Notes: generated by a model not told the origin, from the letters alone. Counted from the stretch's first letter, positions 38,684-50,451 are shown. The stretch is DNA of 64,000 nt from Negaprion brevirostris (GCA_030324005.1 JARDVH010000193.1:83492325-83556324), one strand, 5' to 3'. Translations and numbers: made by a program.

Positions 38684-39003
38684 GGGCGGTACGGTGGCAC
38701 AGTGGTTAGCATTGCTGCCTCACAGTTCTGAGTACCTGGGTTTAATTCCGGTCTCGGGTCACTGTCTCTGTAGAATTTGCACATTCTCCCAGTGTCTGCG
38801 TGGGCTTCCTCCAGGTGCTCCAGTTTCCTCCCACAGTCCAAAAATGTCTGAGTTATGTGTATTGGCCGTGTGAAATTGACCGTAGTGCCAGGGGGATTAG
38901 CTAGGGTAAATGAGGGTTGTGGGAATAGGGCTTGGGTGGGATTGTGGTTGGTACAGACTCAATGGGCCAAATGGCTTCCTTCTGCATTGTAGCGATTCTA
39001 TGA
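38684..39003 (+). mobile_element. Full-length HE1-type V-SINE
   Basis: GGGCGGTACGGTGGCACAGTGGTTAGC head, V-domain and CR1-type tail ending GATTCTATGA. Confidence 0.92.
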
Positions 39004-39361
39004 ATACCCCATCTCCCCACATCTGCCATATTATATGAGATAACTTGTTTCCTATCATTTCGAACGGGAGTCCTTTCTGGCATCGATCTGGAAAGTCTGT
39101 CCAAAGTTCTACCATTACTTTAGCGTCACTGTAAAGTAGAGCATACATCACTACAACAGAACAGTAGAATCGCAGGGCATTGTTAAGGAGTAATTTTAAT
39201 GGGTGGTACCAAATTAACTATTTCAGATAGAAAACCCCCTCCCCCGACAGCAGTTTGTGGAAAGGACAATTAGGCGGGCTGTATAATGGGGAGGCCATTT
39301 CATTATCACCAGTTGTACACTATTGTCCACAGTTAGAATGACCTTCTGAATGTTCATAAAT

Positions 39362-39600
39362 ATAGAATCTTAGAATCATACAGAGCAGAAGAGGCCCTTT
39401 GGTCCATTGAGTCTGCACAAAAACCTGACCTCCCGTTTAATCCCATTTACCAGCACTTGGCCCATGACCTTGAATGTTACGGCGTGCCAAGTGTTATCCA
39501 GGTACTTTCTAAAGGTTGTGAGGCAACCCACCTTTACCACCCTCCCAGTCAGTGCATTCCAGACCATCACCACCCTCTGGGATACAAAAACATTTTTCCC
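39362..39600 (-). mobile_element. CR1 3' end
   Basis: Minus ORF 'VMVWNALTGRVVKVGCLTTFRKYLD'. (TAGAATC)n tail. Confidence 0.85.
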
Positions 39601-39607
39601 CAGTCTT

Positions 39608-39890
39608 AAGAAAAAGGATTTGCATTTATATAGAAGCCAGTCAGGCTCCTAAAAAAACAGTTCACTCAACAAGTTTGTTTTTGCTCTGCAATGGCTGGTT
39701 TGGAGACAATTAGAGGTTTGGAAATACAATAGCCATTTAGGACACAGCAAGAGCCCACAAGCAGCACTGAGAATTGATGTGTTTGCATGCTGTCCTGTAT
39801 ATAATAGCATGGAATCTTTATCTTGCTCCGAGCCAGCTTCTGGAGTTGGGTTTAACGTCTCATCCAGCCAGCATCACCAACAATGGAGCA
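39608..39890 (-). mobile_element. Deu-domain SINE remnant (SacSINE1/AmnSINE1-like)
   Basis: GGTTTAACGTCTCATCC (39849-39865) is the reverse complement of the Deu core GGATGAGACGTTAAACC. The 3' end CTATATAAATGCAAATC is on the minus strand. Confidence 0.65.
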
Positions 39891-39913
39891 AATAGAGACT
39901 GTGGAATTTATTA

Positions 39914-40158
39914 CCACTGCTGCCTCACAGCACCAGGGACCTGAGTTTGATTCCTGGCTTGGGTCACTGTCTGTGTGGAGTTTGCATCTTCTCCCCATGC
40001 CTGTGTGAGTGCTCCAGTTTCCTCCCACATTCTGAAAGACATGCTGGTTAGGTTCACTGACCCTAACAGGTGCCAGATTGTGGCAACTAGGGGAATTTCA
40101 TTGTAACTTCATTGCAGTGTTAATGTAAACCTTACTTGTGACTAATAAATAAACTATT
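39914..40158 (+). mobile_element. V-SINE with alternative tail
   Basis: CACTGCTGCCTCACAGCACCAGGGACC head, V-domain, tail GTAACTTCATTGCAGTGTTAATGTAA...CTAATAAATAAAC. Confidence 0.88.
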
Positions 40159-40159
40159 A

Positions 40160-40330
40160 CTAAGGGGCAATTTAGCATGGCCAATGCACCTAACCCGGAG
40201 GAGGAAACGGGAGCAAACCCATGCAGACATGGAGAGAATGTGCAAATTTCACACAGGCAGTTACCCAAGCTGGGAATTGAACCCAGGTCCCTGGAGTTGT
40301 GAATCAGCAGCGCCAACCACTGTGCCACCC
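40160..40330 (-). mobile_element. V-SINE 5' half, tail-to-tail with the previous copy
   Basis: Reverse-complemented head (AACCACTGTGCCACC) and V-domain. Confidence 0.88.
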
Positions 40331-40629
40331 ATCAATCTAACTAATACTTGTCTGGTGTGGGCTCCTTCCCCAGTCCCAGTGAGATGAGATCCTGAAGAGT
40401 CCAGTTCTGTAAAATTTCAGGGTGGAAGGAGGGGCAGCAAATTTACCAGGGGAAGAACATAAAATCCAACCTACTGTGTGCTGACCATTAAGCGAAACAT
40501 CGTTTCCACCCGTCCTCCCACACCCTCTCACCCCACTGCCACCACCACCACCACCACTTATAGTCCTCCCTTGGTTCCAGAGCTGGGAGTAAACACTGAA
40601 CAAAGCCCATTATGCTGCTGCATAAAATG

Positions 40630-40748
40630 TTGTGTGATTTCAAGAAGAAATTAGACACCTCTCTTGGGGCAAAAGGGATCAGGGGTTTGGGGGGGAGGAG
40701 GTATCGGGATATTGAAGTTGATTATCAGTCATGATCAAAATGAGTGGC
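40630..40748 (+). mobile_element. CR1 3'UTR fragment
   Basis: TTTCAAGAAGAAATTAGAC...AAAGGGATCAGGGG...ATCAGTCATGATC. Confidence 0.65.
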
Positions 40749-40875
40749 CATGGTGTGGAGATACCCGCATTAGACTGGGGTGGGCACAATAATAAGTTTC
40801 ACAACACCAGGTTAAAGTCCAACAGGTTTATTTGGAATCACAAGCTTTTGGAGCGCTGCTCCTTCATCAGGTGAA
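40748..40875 (-). mobile_element. Penelope-like fragment with mutated hammerhead
   Basis: Same family as 25057-25200. Minus strand TCAC-CTGATGA-A-GGAG(CAGCG)CTCC-AAAA-GCTT-GTGA, with core GAAA changed to AAAA. Confidence 0.7.
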
Positions 40876-40892
40876 CTAATTGTCAGTCAGTC

Positions 40893-41188
40893 GGCTAAGA
40901 TCAAGTATAGTGTGGACATGCTGTACTTGGTTGAAGTCATTAGGTTACATTTTAGTTTCATTTGAAACAATTTTTAAAAGCGGCATCTCAGCCTTTTGGC
41001 TAAGATGCAAATGAGATCAATCCTTGGAGGAGGAGCTACACCTACTCCAATCAGCTTGGGTCATGTAGATCAAGCCCAAGACAGGAGGTGAGAGCCCTGT
41101 CTTGTCAGCTTGGATCAGGAATGTCTCAACTTGTTGGGACTCTGAATTGGACTTGATTGGATTGAATTGGAATAAAAACAAAAAAAAT
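40893..41188 (+). mobile_element. U2 snRNA-containing, poly(A)-tailed putative retroposon
   Basis: U2 nt 19-37 at 40893-40911 (18/19) and U2 nt 4-27 at 40983-41006 (22/24). Several hairpins, TGAATTGGA-like repeats and an A-rich end. Confidence 0.6.
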
Positions 41189-43079
41189 TAAAGAATGCTT
41201 GCACTTCTTAAAGTGAAGTGTGGTAATGTTATCCCTTTAATGGGGCAATCTTTCAGGGCTACATGACTTGCCTGAACCTTATGGGGAGGCAGCACAGAAA
41301 GCCGAGCCAATTGGGAGCAAGGGCACATGTCCTGGGTTGGAAAGTAGTAGGAGCCAGGAAAGAGTAGAGAGTAGATGTCTATTACAATTGTCAGATCCTT
41401 CAGTGTAAATATAGAAATATTATTGTAAACAAATAAGTTATAGATTGTATAAAGCTAACTAACATGTTAATTTGAATTTGCAAACTAAATTCCTTAAAAT
41501 GTTTAATAATATCTGACTAGTGCATCTGTAGCTTACTTTTTGAACTCATACCCATTCAGTCACTTACTCACAAGTGCATGCAAATACATGGGTAAACATA
41601 CATTGGGAATACACAACACTCAAAAATCTTGCGGCGTGGCACTGAGTACAAGATTAAAGTGCATGTGTGGCAATCTGAAACACCAACTCTGTTTTTGCTT
41701 TCTTTCCACTGAATCCCCAGCTACCAGCTAATACAGCAATCAGACCAAGAAATAGCTGGTCTCCTCCCACTGCGTATTTAATCACTGCTACTTGAATCAT
41801 TAATGTTCAACAAGCGTGTGTGCCTTGAATCTATCATTAACTGGTGACTACACCCACTCATTGGTAACTCCCTGAACAATTGGGTTGTGATGCTGAGAGG
41901 CACATGGATCCAGGAAGATCAACTTCCAACCCCAGCGGTTTGGATCTGGCAGGACTGGCCTTTTAGAGACCTTATCCTCAGTCTTCCTCCCATTTGTAGA
42001 GAAATTCAGGATTCACCAGCAGGAAAAGCATGGTCAACAAACAATTTCCAGGCATTCTGCCAAATTGAGAGGGAGAGGAGCAGTGAATACAAAGCAATTT
42101 AATGCAAGAGGCTATCCTGAGACAATCCAGTTGGATGCATTCCGAGTGGAGAGATCTGAAATCAGCAAGCGTGATCAGGAGAGAGGATTGTTTATTAAAC
42201 ACTGTGGTTCTGATTCAGTGAGGTGCAGATACATTTAGAAAAATACACTATACTTTTTGCAGTATGTGTAACTCTTGAGTAGATAAAGCCACGTTCTTAC
42301 AAATGCAAACACATAATAGTCTCATTGGGAACCTGCTCCATTCCTCCCAAGTATACAGACATAACTGCTTAACATATCAGCATTTACTGTCACTTGGGTT
42401 CAAACTACTAATAAAGGAGAAGAAAGGGGTGAACTTGGCTTTACTCTGTTCAATGCTCTTCCACCAATCCTCACTGTTAGGTGACACTGCCAAGAGCAGT
42501 TGGAGCCTTGGTCTAACTTTGTCTCCATTTTCAGCTTCTCAGAAAGGAAAGGGCCATGGCAAGCTGACAGATGGAGAGACAGGACAAGCAGAGGCAGAGT
42601 ACCCCACCAGCACCAACCAATCAAATGCTGTACGGGGTGTCATGTGATTTCAATGGGAAATGTAGCAGCCAAAAAAAAGACACATTTCAGGAAATAACCA
42701 ATGGGGTTAAAAAGCTGATGAGGAAATGAAAAGAGAAACCCAGGGGAGCGAACAGTTCTCTTGTGTGACAGGGTGAGCAATTTTATCACATGCTATTTTG
42801 GCTGCCCTATGTAGTTTTGGAGCCCTAAGCCAAAGCACAGTGTGTTTCCTTGTAAATCGGCCCCCGTGGAGGACAGGTCAGGTGCAGCACCCCACATACC
42901 TAAAAATAGGGTAGCAACACAATAAAGTTGTAACTCAGGACACTTGCATACTAAACAGCAGAAGCCAAATGTGCTAGACAGAGCTAACTAAACTCACAAT
43001 CAATGGATCAGATCTAAGCTCTGCACCCCTGTCCCATCCTGTCATGAATGGGGAGAGCAATTAAGCAACTCTCTAAACT

Positions 43080-44150
43080 CCATAAATGTCCCCATTCTCA
43101 ATGATGGATGAGTCGAGCACTTGAGTGCAAAAATGATACTAAAGCATTTACTACAATCTTCAGCAAGAAGCACTGAGTGGTTTGATCTATCTCAGCCTCC
43201 TCCTGAGGTCCCAAGCATCACAGATATTATTCTTTAGCCAATTCGATTACTCCAAGTGATATCAAGAAACTATTGAAGGCTCTGGACAGAGCAAAGGTTA
43301 TGGCCCTAATAGTATTCCTCTGAGTAGTGCCCTAGGCCCAACCATCTTCAGCTGCTTCATTAAAACCTTCCTTCCATTATATGGTCAGAAGTGGGGAAGT
43401 TCGCCATCGATTGCACAATGTTCAGCACCACTTGTGGATTTCAGATACTGAAGCAGTTTGTGTCCATATATAGCAAGTCCTAGAATCTAACCATCATCCT
43501 TTGACATTCAATGGCATTAATATTGCTGAATCTCCACTATCCTGGGAGTTACATCTGACCAGAAACTGAACTAGACTAGCCATATAACCACAGTGGCTAC
43601 AAGAGCAGAACAAAGGCTGGGAATCCTCCCATGATTCCACCTCCTGACTCCACAGGACACAAGTTGGGAGTGCAATGGCATACTCTGTCTTTGCCTAGAT
43701 AGGTGCAGCTCCAACAACACGCAAGAAGTTTGACACCATCCAGAACAAATCAGCCGCTTGATTGGCACCTCATCCACAAATATTCACTCCCTGCACCACT
43801 GATACACAATGCAGTGGTGCAGAATGCACTTCGAGGCTCCTTAGAGCTTTCAAATCCAGAAGCATGGTCATCTAGAAGCACAAGGGTAGCAAACACATGG
43901 GATCACCATCACCTGGAAGTTTTCCTCCAAGCCACTCACTATCCTGACCTGGAAATGTATCGCAGTTCCTTCATTGTCACTAGATCAAAATCCTAGACCA
44001 CCCTCCCAGCAGCACTGTGAGGGCAGCTATGCTACATGGACTGCAATGTTCAAGAAGGAAGCCCACCATCACCTTCTCAAGGACAATTAGGGTTGGGCAA
44101 TAAATGCTGGCTTAGCCAGTGACACCCATATCCCATGAATAAGAAAAAAA
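43080..44150 (+). mobile_element. LINE-B fragment with internal deletions and 3' end
   Basis: CCTAGGCCCAACCATCTTCAGCTGCTTCAT (LGPTIFSCFI) and AAGTTCGCC (FA). Tail GGCAATAAATGCTGG...CCCATGAATAAGAAAAAAA. Confidence 0.88.
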
Positions 44151-45629
44151 ACACTAACAACACTGTATTTCTTATGGGTAGCTGGTGGACAAAAAATGGG
44201 AGATGCTAAGAACTGGAAGTTGGTCACTTGTTGCATAGGTCTTCACATCAATGAAAGTGATTATAGGCATCTGAAGCACAGGGAGTATGAAGCATGGTAC
44301 ATGGTAAGGCTGAAAGTGCATCCCTGAAAGTATCTGGTCATCTTCCCCTCCTTTTTCCTAGGGTTGTTTCCTCCCTCACTCTACGTAACACCTTGGTGGT
44401 GCTCATCTGCCACTGCTTCTTCTGATCACGAAATTCTAAACGTTTTTCTTTCATCTTCTGTCCAGGCCCATCACACCCCACACCAAACTGCAGTAGAATA
44501 GGGAGAATGCTGCCTTCTGCAACATGCACTGTCATTCTACCTAACTTGCTCAATCAGAAAGTGGCACCCAATTACTCAAAGCAAGGTTTTGCATGGCTCT
44601 GTATGAGTTGATTCACTGAGTGCAAATGAGGAGAGCAAACAAAAGGGGAAGGATGGCACAGGTCACAGCTAACTTCACCACAGAAAGCAATCATGATGGC
44701 TTAAAGGACCCAATCTCTAAAATGGTCACTTCATATCGGCAATTTCTTCATATATTGGACAAATTGCCAGAAATAGTTCCAAGATACTCATTTTTGTATG
44801 AAAGTAAACTCTCATGAATTCTGGGATTTTCTTTTAGCTATCTCATCTATTATAAAATCAGGATTTGTAAGATACATTATTTTAGATTTGTTTTCAAAAG
44901 CTTAGATATTGCATCAGCCCAAGAAATGTTCTTATATTCAGAAGTTATGAATTTTGTATGAGATTTTAAATAAATTTAACAAAAAGACCCAGTTGTATCA
45001 CCAACGCACTTTGCTACATTTTTGTACATTTGTACATTTTGTGCTATTTGTAATTAGTAACAGATTGAATTTGGTAAAGTAATGCTTGCAGTGTATACAT
45101 TTCCTAGTTTGTAATATCTATGATGTCAAAGCCAGTAATGTCCTAGGCAACTATTTGTATCAAAGATCGTGTGGATCCAGAAATGAGAAGGGGTGATCCA
45201 CTGAGAACATGCATCATGGGAGTGAATGGGGAGGGATGTGATCCATTGGGAAAGCAGTGAAAGGAATAATTGTGTACAGTCAGAGTCAATTAATTTTATT
45301 TCAAATGAATCAAAATAAATACTTGCTGAAGATTCTGAACTTTATGAAGTGCTCTGAAGGGAAAATAAGATTTTCTGCAGGATTTTTAAAAATCTCTTTA
45401 GGTCCCTAAGGTGTAACAACTATAGTAGAATCTTGCCATTGCCACTTGTTCTCGCAAAGGGTAAAATTGCAAGTGATAAACATACTTTATAATGGGAGTA
45501 AATTCGATTGGTTACAGCCATCCCAAAATTTGTCCCTTTTGAAGGAAGAAAGACAATACAACCATGATTTTGAGTGAATTCAGCACAATGTTGTTGCAGA
45601 AATTATCTGACAATGCAAGAAAATAAGAT

Positions 45630-46233
45630 CAATGGAATTTTCCAGAAGCTCCTCACGATGGATTTAGTGGTGGTCAGGGGACACAATGCAGCAGGAGGTG
45701 AAAGGCCAGTTTTGGACTGGTCTAAAATGACGGCATCTGCACTTCTGCCAAAAGCTGGCAGAAATCCATTTTGCATCCCATCACTGGGATGCAGCTGAAG
45801 GCCTGATCACAATCGTCCCCCCTTCCCAGTTCCACAGTGCCACTGGATTTTCACACCAGTTCAGAACACATCTGGACCAAAATGGCATGCACATGCGGAT
45901 TTATGTGCAAGTAGATTTGGAGCAGCTGAGGCGACTGGAAAGGAAGATGGAGGCCTCAAGCAACCGGACTCTGGCATCACATGCAGCGGTGGATGAGTGA
46001 AACATCTCAGATGTGGATATCCAGGCTCATTTTAAATATGACGCCCAGATAGAATGGTGGAGCATAAGCCATCCAATCCATCCTGCCATGCTAAACATTG
46101 GGAAACCCGACTGCACAATTAATTAGGCCAGTATTGTGCAAAATGGCACGACTCCCTAGCAGCCTCCATGGTGGGAAACTCTCCGTTTCCACTCTCACCA
46201 TGGGACTTAGTTCTGGGAAGGAAAATTCCATCC
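45630..46233. mobile_element. Harbinger-type MITE
   Basis: Perfect 12-bp inverted ends ATGGAATTTTCC (45632) / GGAAAATTCCAT (46220-46231). Confidence 0.6.
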
Positions 46234-46484
46234 AATATGAAATTTGTCAAACAGAGGCAAGATAAACTATTCCCGGAACTTTCCGGCTATTCACACCAGC
46301 GGGATCTTCCAGTCCTGCTGATGGCACACCGCTGCTGTGGGTTTCACAGTAACAAGGAGTGCATTCAACAGAACCCATTGACAATGGTGGGACAAGAAGC
46401 TCCCACCATTGGCCAATGGTGGGCTGCCTCCCACCACTGTGAAACACCTGCTGGGTTNNNNNNNNNNNNNNNNNNNNNNNNNGT

Positions 46485-47262
46485 GAATACAGTAAATTTA
46501 AGACAAATTTACTGGTGAAATTATTTAACAATGCAATTAAACAAGAACAATGTAAGATTGTCACTTAGAGAGAATAAAATCTATGTTTCTAAGTGTACAG
46601 CACAGTAATCTTTGTCACACTTATAGTACACTGTACTGTACTTTACTTCAGGGTGGAAATAGGGGGAATGGATGAAGTGCTGATGTTGATGTTGATGTGG
46701 ATGAAAAAAACAATATCATTCTCAATTGTTTCATCTTTTCTTTTTCAATTTTGTAAAGTTCTCACTAGGAGCAATAGCAGTGACAATTGCTTTATAAAAG
46801 GCAAAGCCTATTTCTGTGTTTGTATCGCAGTCTGCTGTCTTGTTGATTTTCAAAACTTCAGCTGATCTTATGCGATCTACCATCACCTTGGTTGTGAAAT
46901 GAATGTTGTTTTGTTCTTCTTCCTGCTCCTGTTTACTTTCATTTAAATTCATCAGGTCAATCAATTCTTCTTTAAAGAATTTCTCATGCTAAGATTGAAG
47001 CAACTCCTTTACTTCTTCAGTGGTTGGGCCTTCAAATCCCTCCCTTCCAACTTGCCGAGACAACAATTCTGGCCGCTTCAACATCCACACTGGGGATTCC
47101 TGTGAATTCATTCACAGCCTCAGGCCAAATTTACTGCCAGCAGACATTTATAGTTGATACTCTAACATCACCCCATGAGTCCTTAATTATGCTGACTGCT
47201 ATGAGGATGTTGAATTGCTTCCAGCAATCATGGACTATAGTCAAAGGATCTTCTTCCAGAAG
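46485..47262 (-). mobile_element. Tigger/pogo (Tc1-mariner superfamily) transposase 3' remnant
   Basis: Minus ORFs 'DCWKQFNILIAVSIIKDSWGDVRVSTINVCW' then WPEAVNEF.., and 'FTTKVM...DTNTEIGFAF...AIAP...LKKKR'. These match the C-terminal part of Tigger/TIGD proteins. Truncated upstream by CR1. Confidence 0.75.
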
Positions 47263-47267
47263 GTGAA

Positions 47268-48180
47268 GAATGTGGCTGAAACGCTCTCCATACCCCTTGA
47301 TTCCCTGAGAAGCTAAAAATCTGTCTATCCAAGCCTTGAATATGTTCAATGATGGAGCATTAGCACCCTCTGGGTAGAGAAAAACAAAGGTTCACAACCC
47401 TTTGAATGAAAAAATGTTTCCTCATCTCAGTCCTAAATGATTGGCTCCTGATCCTGAGAATTGCCTTCTTAGAATCCCCAGCCAGGAGAAACGGTCTCTC
47501 AGTATCTACTCTGCCCAACCCCTTTAATCATTTCAATGAGATTATTTGTCACTCTTCTAAACTCCAGAGAATATAAACCCAATTTATTCACCCCCTAATC
47601 ATAGGACAGCCCTTTCACCTCAGGGACTAATCCAGTGAAACTTTGATGTACTCCCTCCAATGCAGGTATATTCTTCCTTAAATATGGAGATGAAAACTGC
47701 ACATAATTTTCCATGTGTGGTCTTACCAAAGCCCTACACAATTGTGGCAAGTCTTCTTTATCATTACACTGCAATCCCCTTGCAATAAAAGCCAACATGC
47801 CGTTTGTTTTCCTAATAATTTGTTGTACTTGTACGCTAAATTTTGTGTTCCTTGTATGTCTGTCTGAACGGTAACGGAAGTTTCATATCGACTAAAAACA
47901 TTTTGCTTTACTAATGCAACCAAAGAGAATAACCTCCCACTTCCCATATTTTGCTCCATCTTCTTCCTTGTTGGCCACTTATTTAACCAGTCCATAGGTT
48001 TTTTCCAGCCTCTTTGTGTCCTCCTCAGAGCTTGCATTCCAACCTAGCTTTGTATTGTCTACAGACTTCGATACGTTCATTTTTTTCTCTTTACGTAAAT
48101 CGTTACAGAATGTCTTATTTATCCCTATTCTGTTTCCTGTCCATTAACAAATTCTCCATCTATGTTATTATATCATCCCC
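47268..48180 (-). mobile_element. CR1 LINE 3' fragment
   Basis: 'LAFIARGL...LCRALVRPHMENYVQFSSPYLRKNI' and 'NIFKAWIDRFL'. Confidence 0.9.
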
Positions 48181-48419
48181 TTTTCTAGTGCACCATTGAG
48201 GTGGGTCCACATGGCTAAAGCTTAGTACGGCCATATGGGCGACCTTGAGGAACTGGAACTATTAAGAACACAAATATAGACAGCTAGAAATCAACTTCAC
48301 CCGGGGCAATCTGGCACTCTGTTTGAGAGGCTGTCAGACAAGCCATTCTGCAGAAAGAAGACAGCTGGTTTTACCCATGGAGTCAATGCTACTCTCCAGA
48401 GGCTGATTATCCAAACATA

Positions 48420-48550
48420 GACAGGAATGCTCCAACCTTGCCCATGACTGGGATTCTCCAATCCCACTGCAGTGATTGGAGATTTGGCTGAGCACCAAAT
48501 TCTCCGTTCTCCAATGGTGGTGGGGCGTATAATATCAGAGAATCCAGCCT
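48420..48550. mobile_element. Short MITE, inverted copy of the 6974-7108 family
   Basis: GAGATTTGGCTGAGCACCAAATT...AGAGAATCCAGCC. Confidence 0.6.
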
Positions 48551-50451
48551 GTCTCTGCTTTGTGAAGAAATACACAGCAGGCTGGCTGAAACTCAGAGGT
48601 CTTCTCTAAACCAGAAGAAATGAAGAATCCCAAAGCCTAATTGTCTGCACTTTGATCTTCCTTGGAGGCTGTCACCAGAGGATACATTGCAGTGAGAGAG
48701 TTGATCATTCATTATGTATCTGCATCGTATTGGTGCTATGCATGAAGACAGATTACAAGTTGGAGTTGGACTCCACGCTGTTCTCTGCTTGCAAGCACTT
48801 AAAATGTCTGTATTATTGTCTTCTGAATGTATGGTGGGTACGTTTAGACAAGGAAGCAAAGGATTTCCATCATCTTTAGAATTGAACCCAGTAAATAGTT
48901 CCTTCAAGAGAGAAGGAGAGTGAAGTGAAAAGAACAGAATGGAAAATGAAGAGAATTAAAGCCTTAAGCATAAATAACTGTGTTAGCAATTCCAGCATTG
49001 TCTATGATTAGGCTGTCTGCAGCTTCAGCAGACTCGCTGGGTTCTGACAGGTGAATGTTTATTAAAATTTAAAATTTCTAAGCTCTCACATGAAATTTTG
49101 GATTTGCCCTCCCAAACCATCAGTTTTCACATTGATTGAACTGAACTTCAAATGCACTATTGGTAATGATTGCCTAATAATGTCTTGCCTCACTCTTTTA
49201 TTACGGGCTTTAGCTGAATATTAAGTGCTTACTAATACCAGAATGAGAACGGGTGAGACGGAGTAAGTGTTGTTCATTAGGTAACTACGATTTATTCCCC
49301 AGGGCAGCGTGTTCTCAGTAAACTGCATGCAATTGCTTTATATTCAGCAAGATAAAGGTTACTCATTTGCACCTACATGGAATGGTTATTCATTCAATAG
49401 GGTATAAAAATATTTCATGTTTAGTTGTTTGAAATAACTGTTTGTTCAGCAGGGTAAGAATTATTCAGTGTATCTGTTTGGATTTGCTGTTTATTCAGCA
49501 GGATAGTGATTACAGCCTTTTCCTTGTTTGAATACTGTGTGTTAATATTTGCATCAGAAGAACTTTGTTGTTCAATGCAGTTTCCCTGTGAGTATTTACT
49601 TTACAGAATCCTGTGACTATTCTGAAAGCCTCAGGGTGATTTGTACATCCGTGACATCAAACAAGTAGTAAACAATATGTAACGATTGACACAAATATAC
49701 AGAGGACCAAAAAGATTTTAACAAAGCTATGTTAGTCCTCAGATTGAAATCTCCTGCTTATAATAATCATTCTCATGAATTGTTAATGAAATTACATCTT
49801 TGATTAAATATCAGTGCTCCAAGATAATGAATATCATACAGCTGTGCTAATATCAATGATTAAAATATGAAGCAATGGACATTCTGTTTAACCACTTGCA
49901 GACCTGTTTCTTATGCTGACATTGTATGAGTATAACAAGGCAGTGCCCAGTCAGTGTCTACATCCACAGAAACTCAGCCACTTTGTGTACACAGCTCAGA
50001 TGCTCATATGTAAGCAGAATCCTGTAGTTATGAACTAATTATTATTTAGCCCAGAGGTATTGGAGGGGTATTGCATCATCCTAAAGGGAAATCTGCAAAC
50101 TGCCTCAAGAAGGAGGGTACAACTTACTTCCATAGAGGAATTTTCCCATCCAGTGCACATCACGGGAAGTGGGCAGGACACAAACCATGCAAAGATGGGA
50201 AAATCCTGACCAGAAAGTCATTGATGTGCTTAAATGTTTGGTGACTTGATTTTTCAAAGGGCAATGGATCCTCTTCCTCCGGTCAATCAATACCCTGTAT
50301 TTTGTTGCATCAGTTAAATGTTTGATACCCTGTTTGGCACAGCAGCCTCATCGATACATTTGATGCAGGATTAAGATGATAATGAGGAAGACATCAATTT
50401 TCATTTCATTTGGGTGTTTCCCTGAGCATCAGTTTGCAGTCGTGGCTTTAT

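Noticed and set aside
38684-38760. tRNA genes
   Set aside because: The tRNA-like A/B boxes are SINE heads that continue into V-domain or SINE-B bodies.
42400-42624. Minus ORF with signal-peptide-like start (MIGWCWWGTLPLLVLSLHLSACHG)
   Set aside because: Non-ATG start, short, no recognisable domain or splice support. Likely chance.
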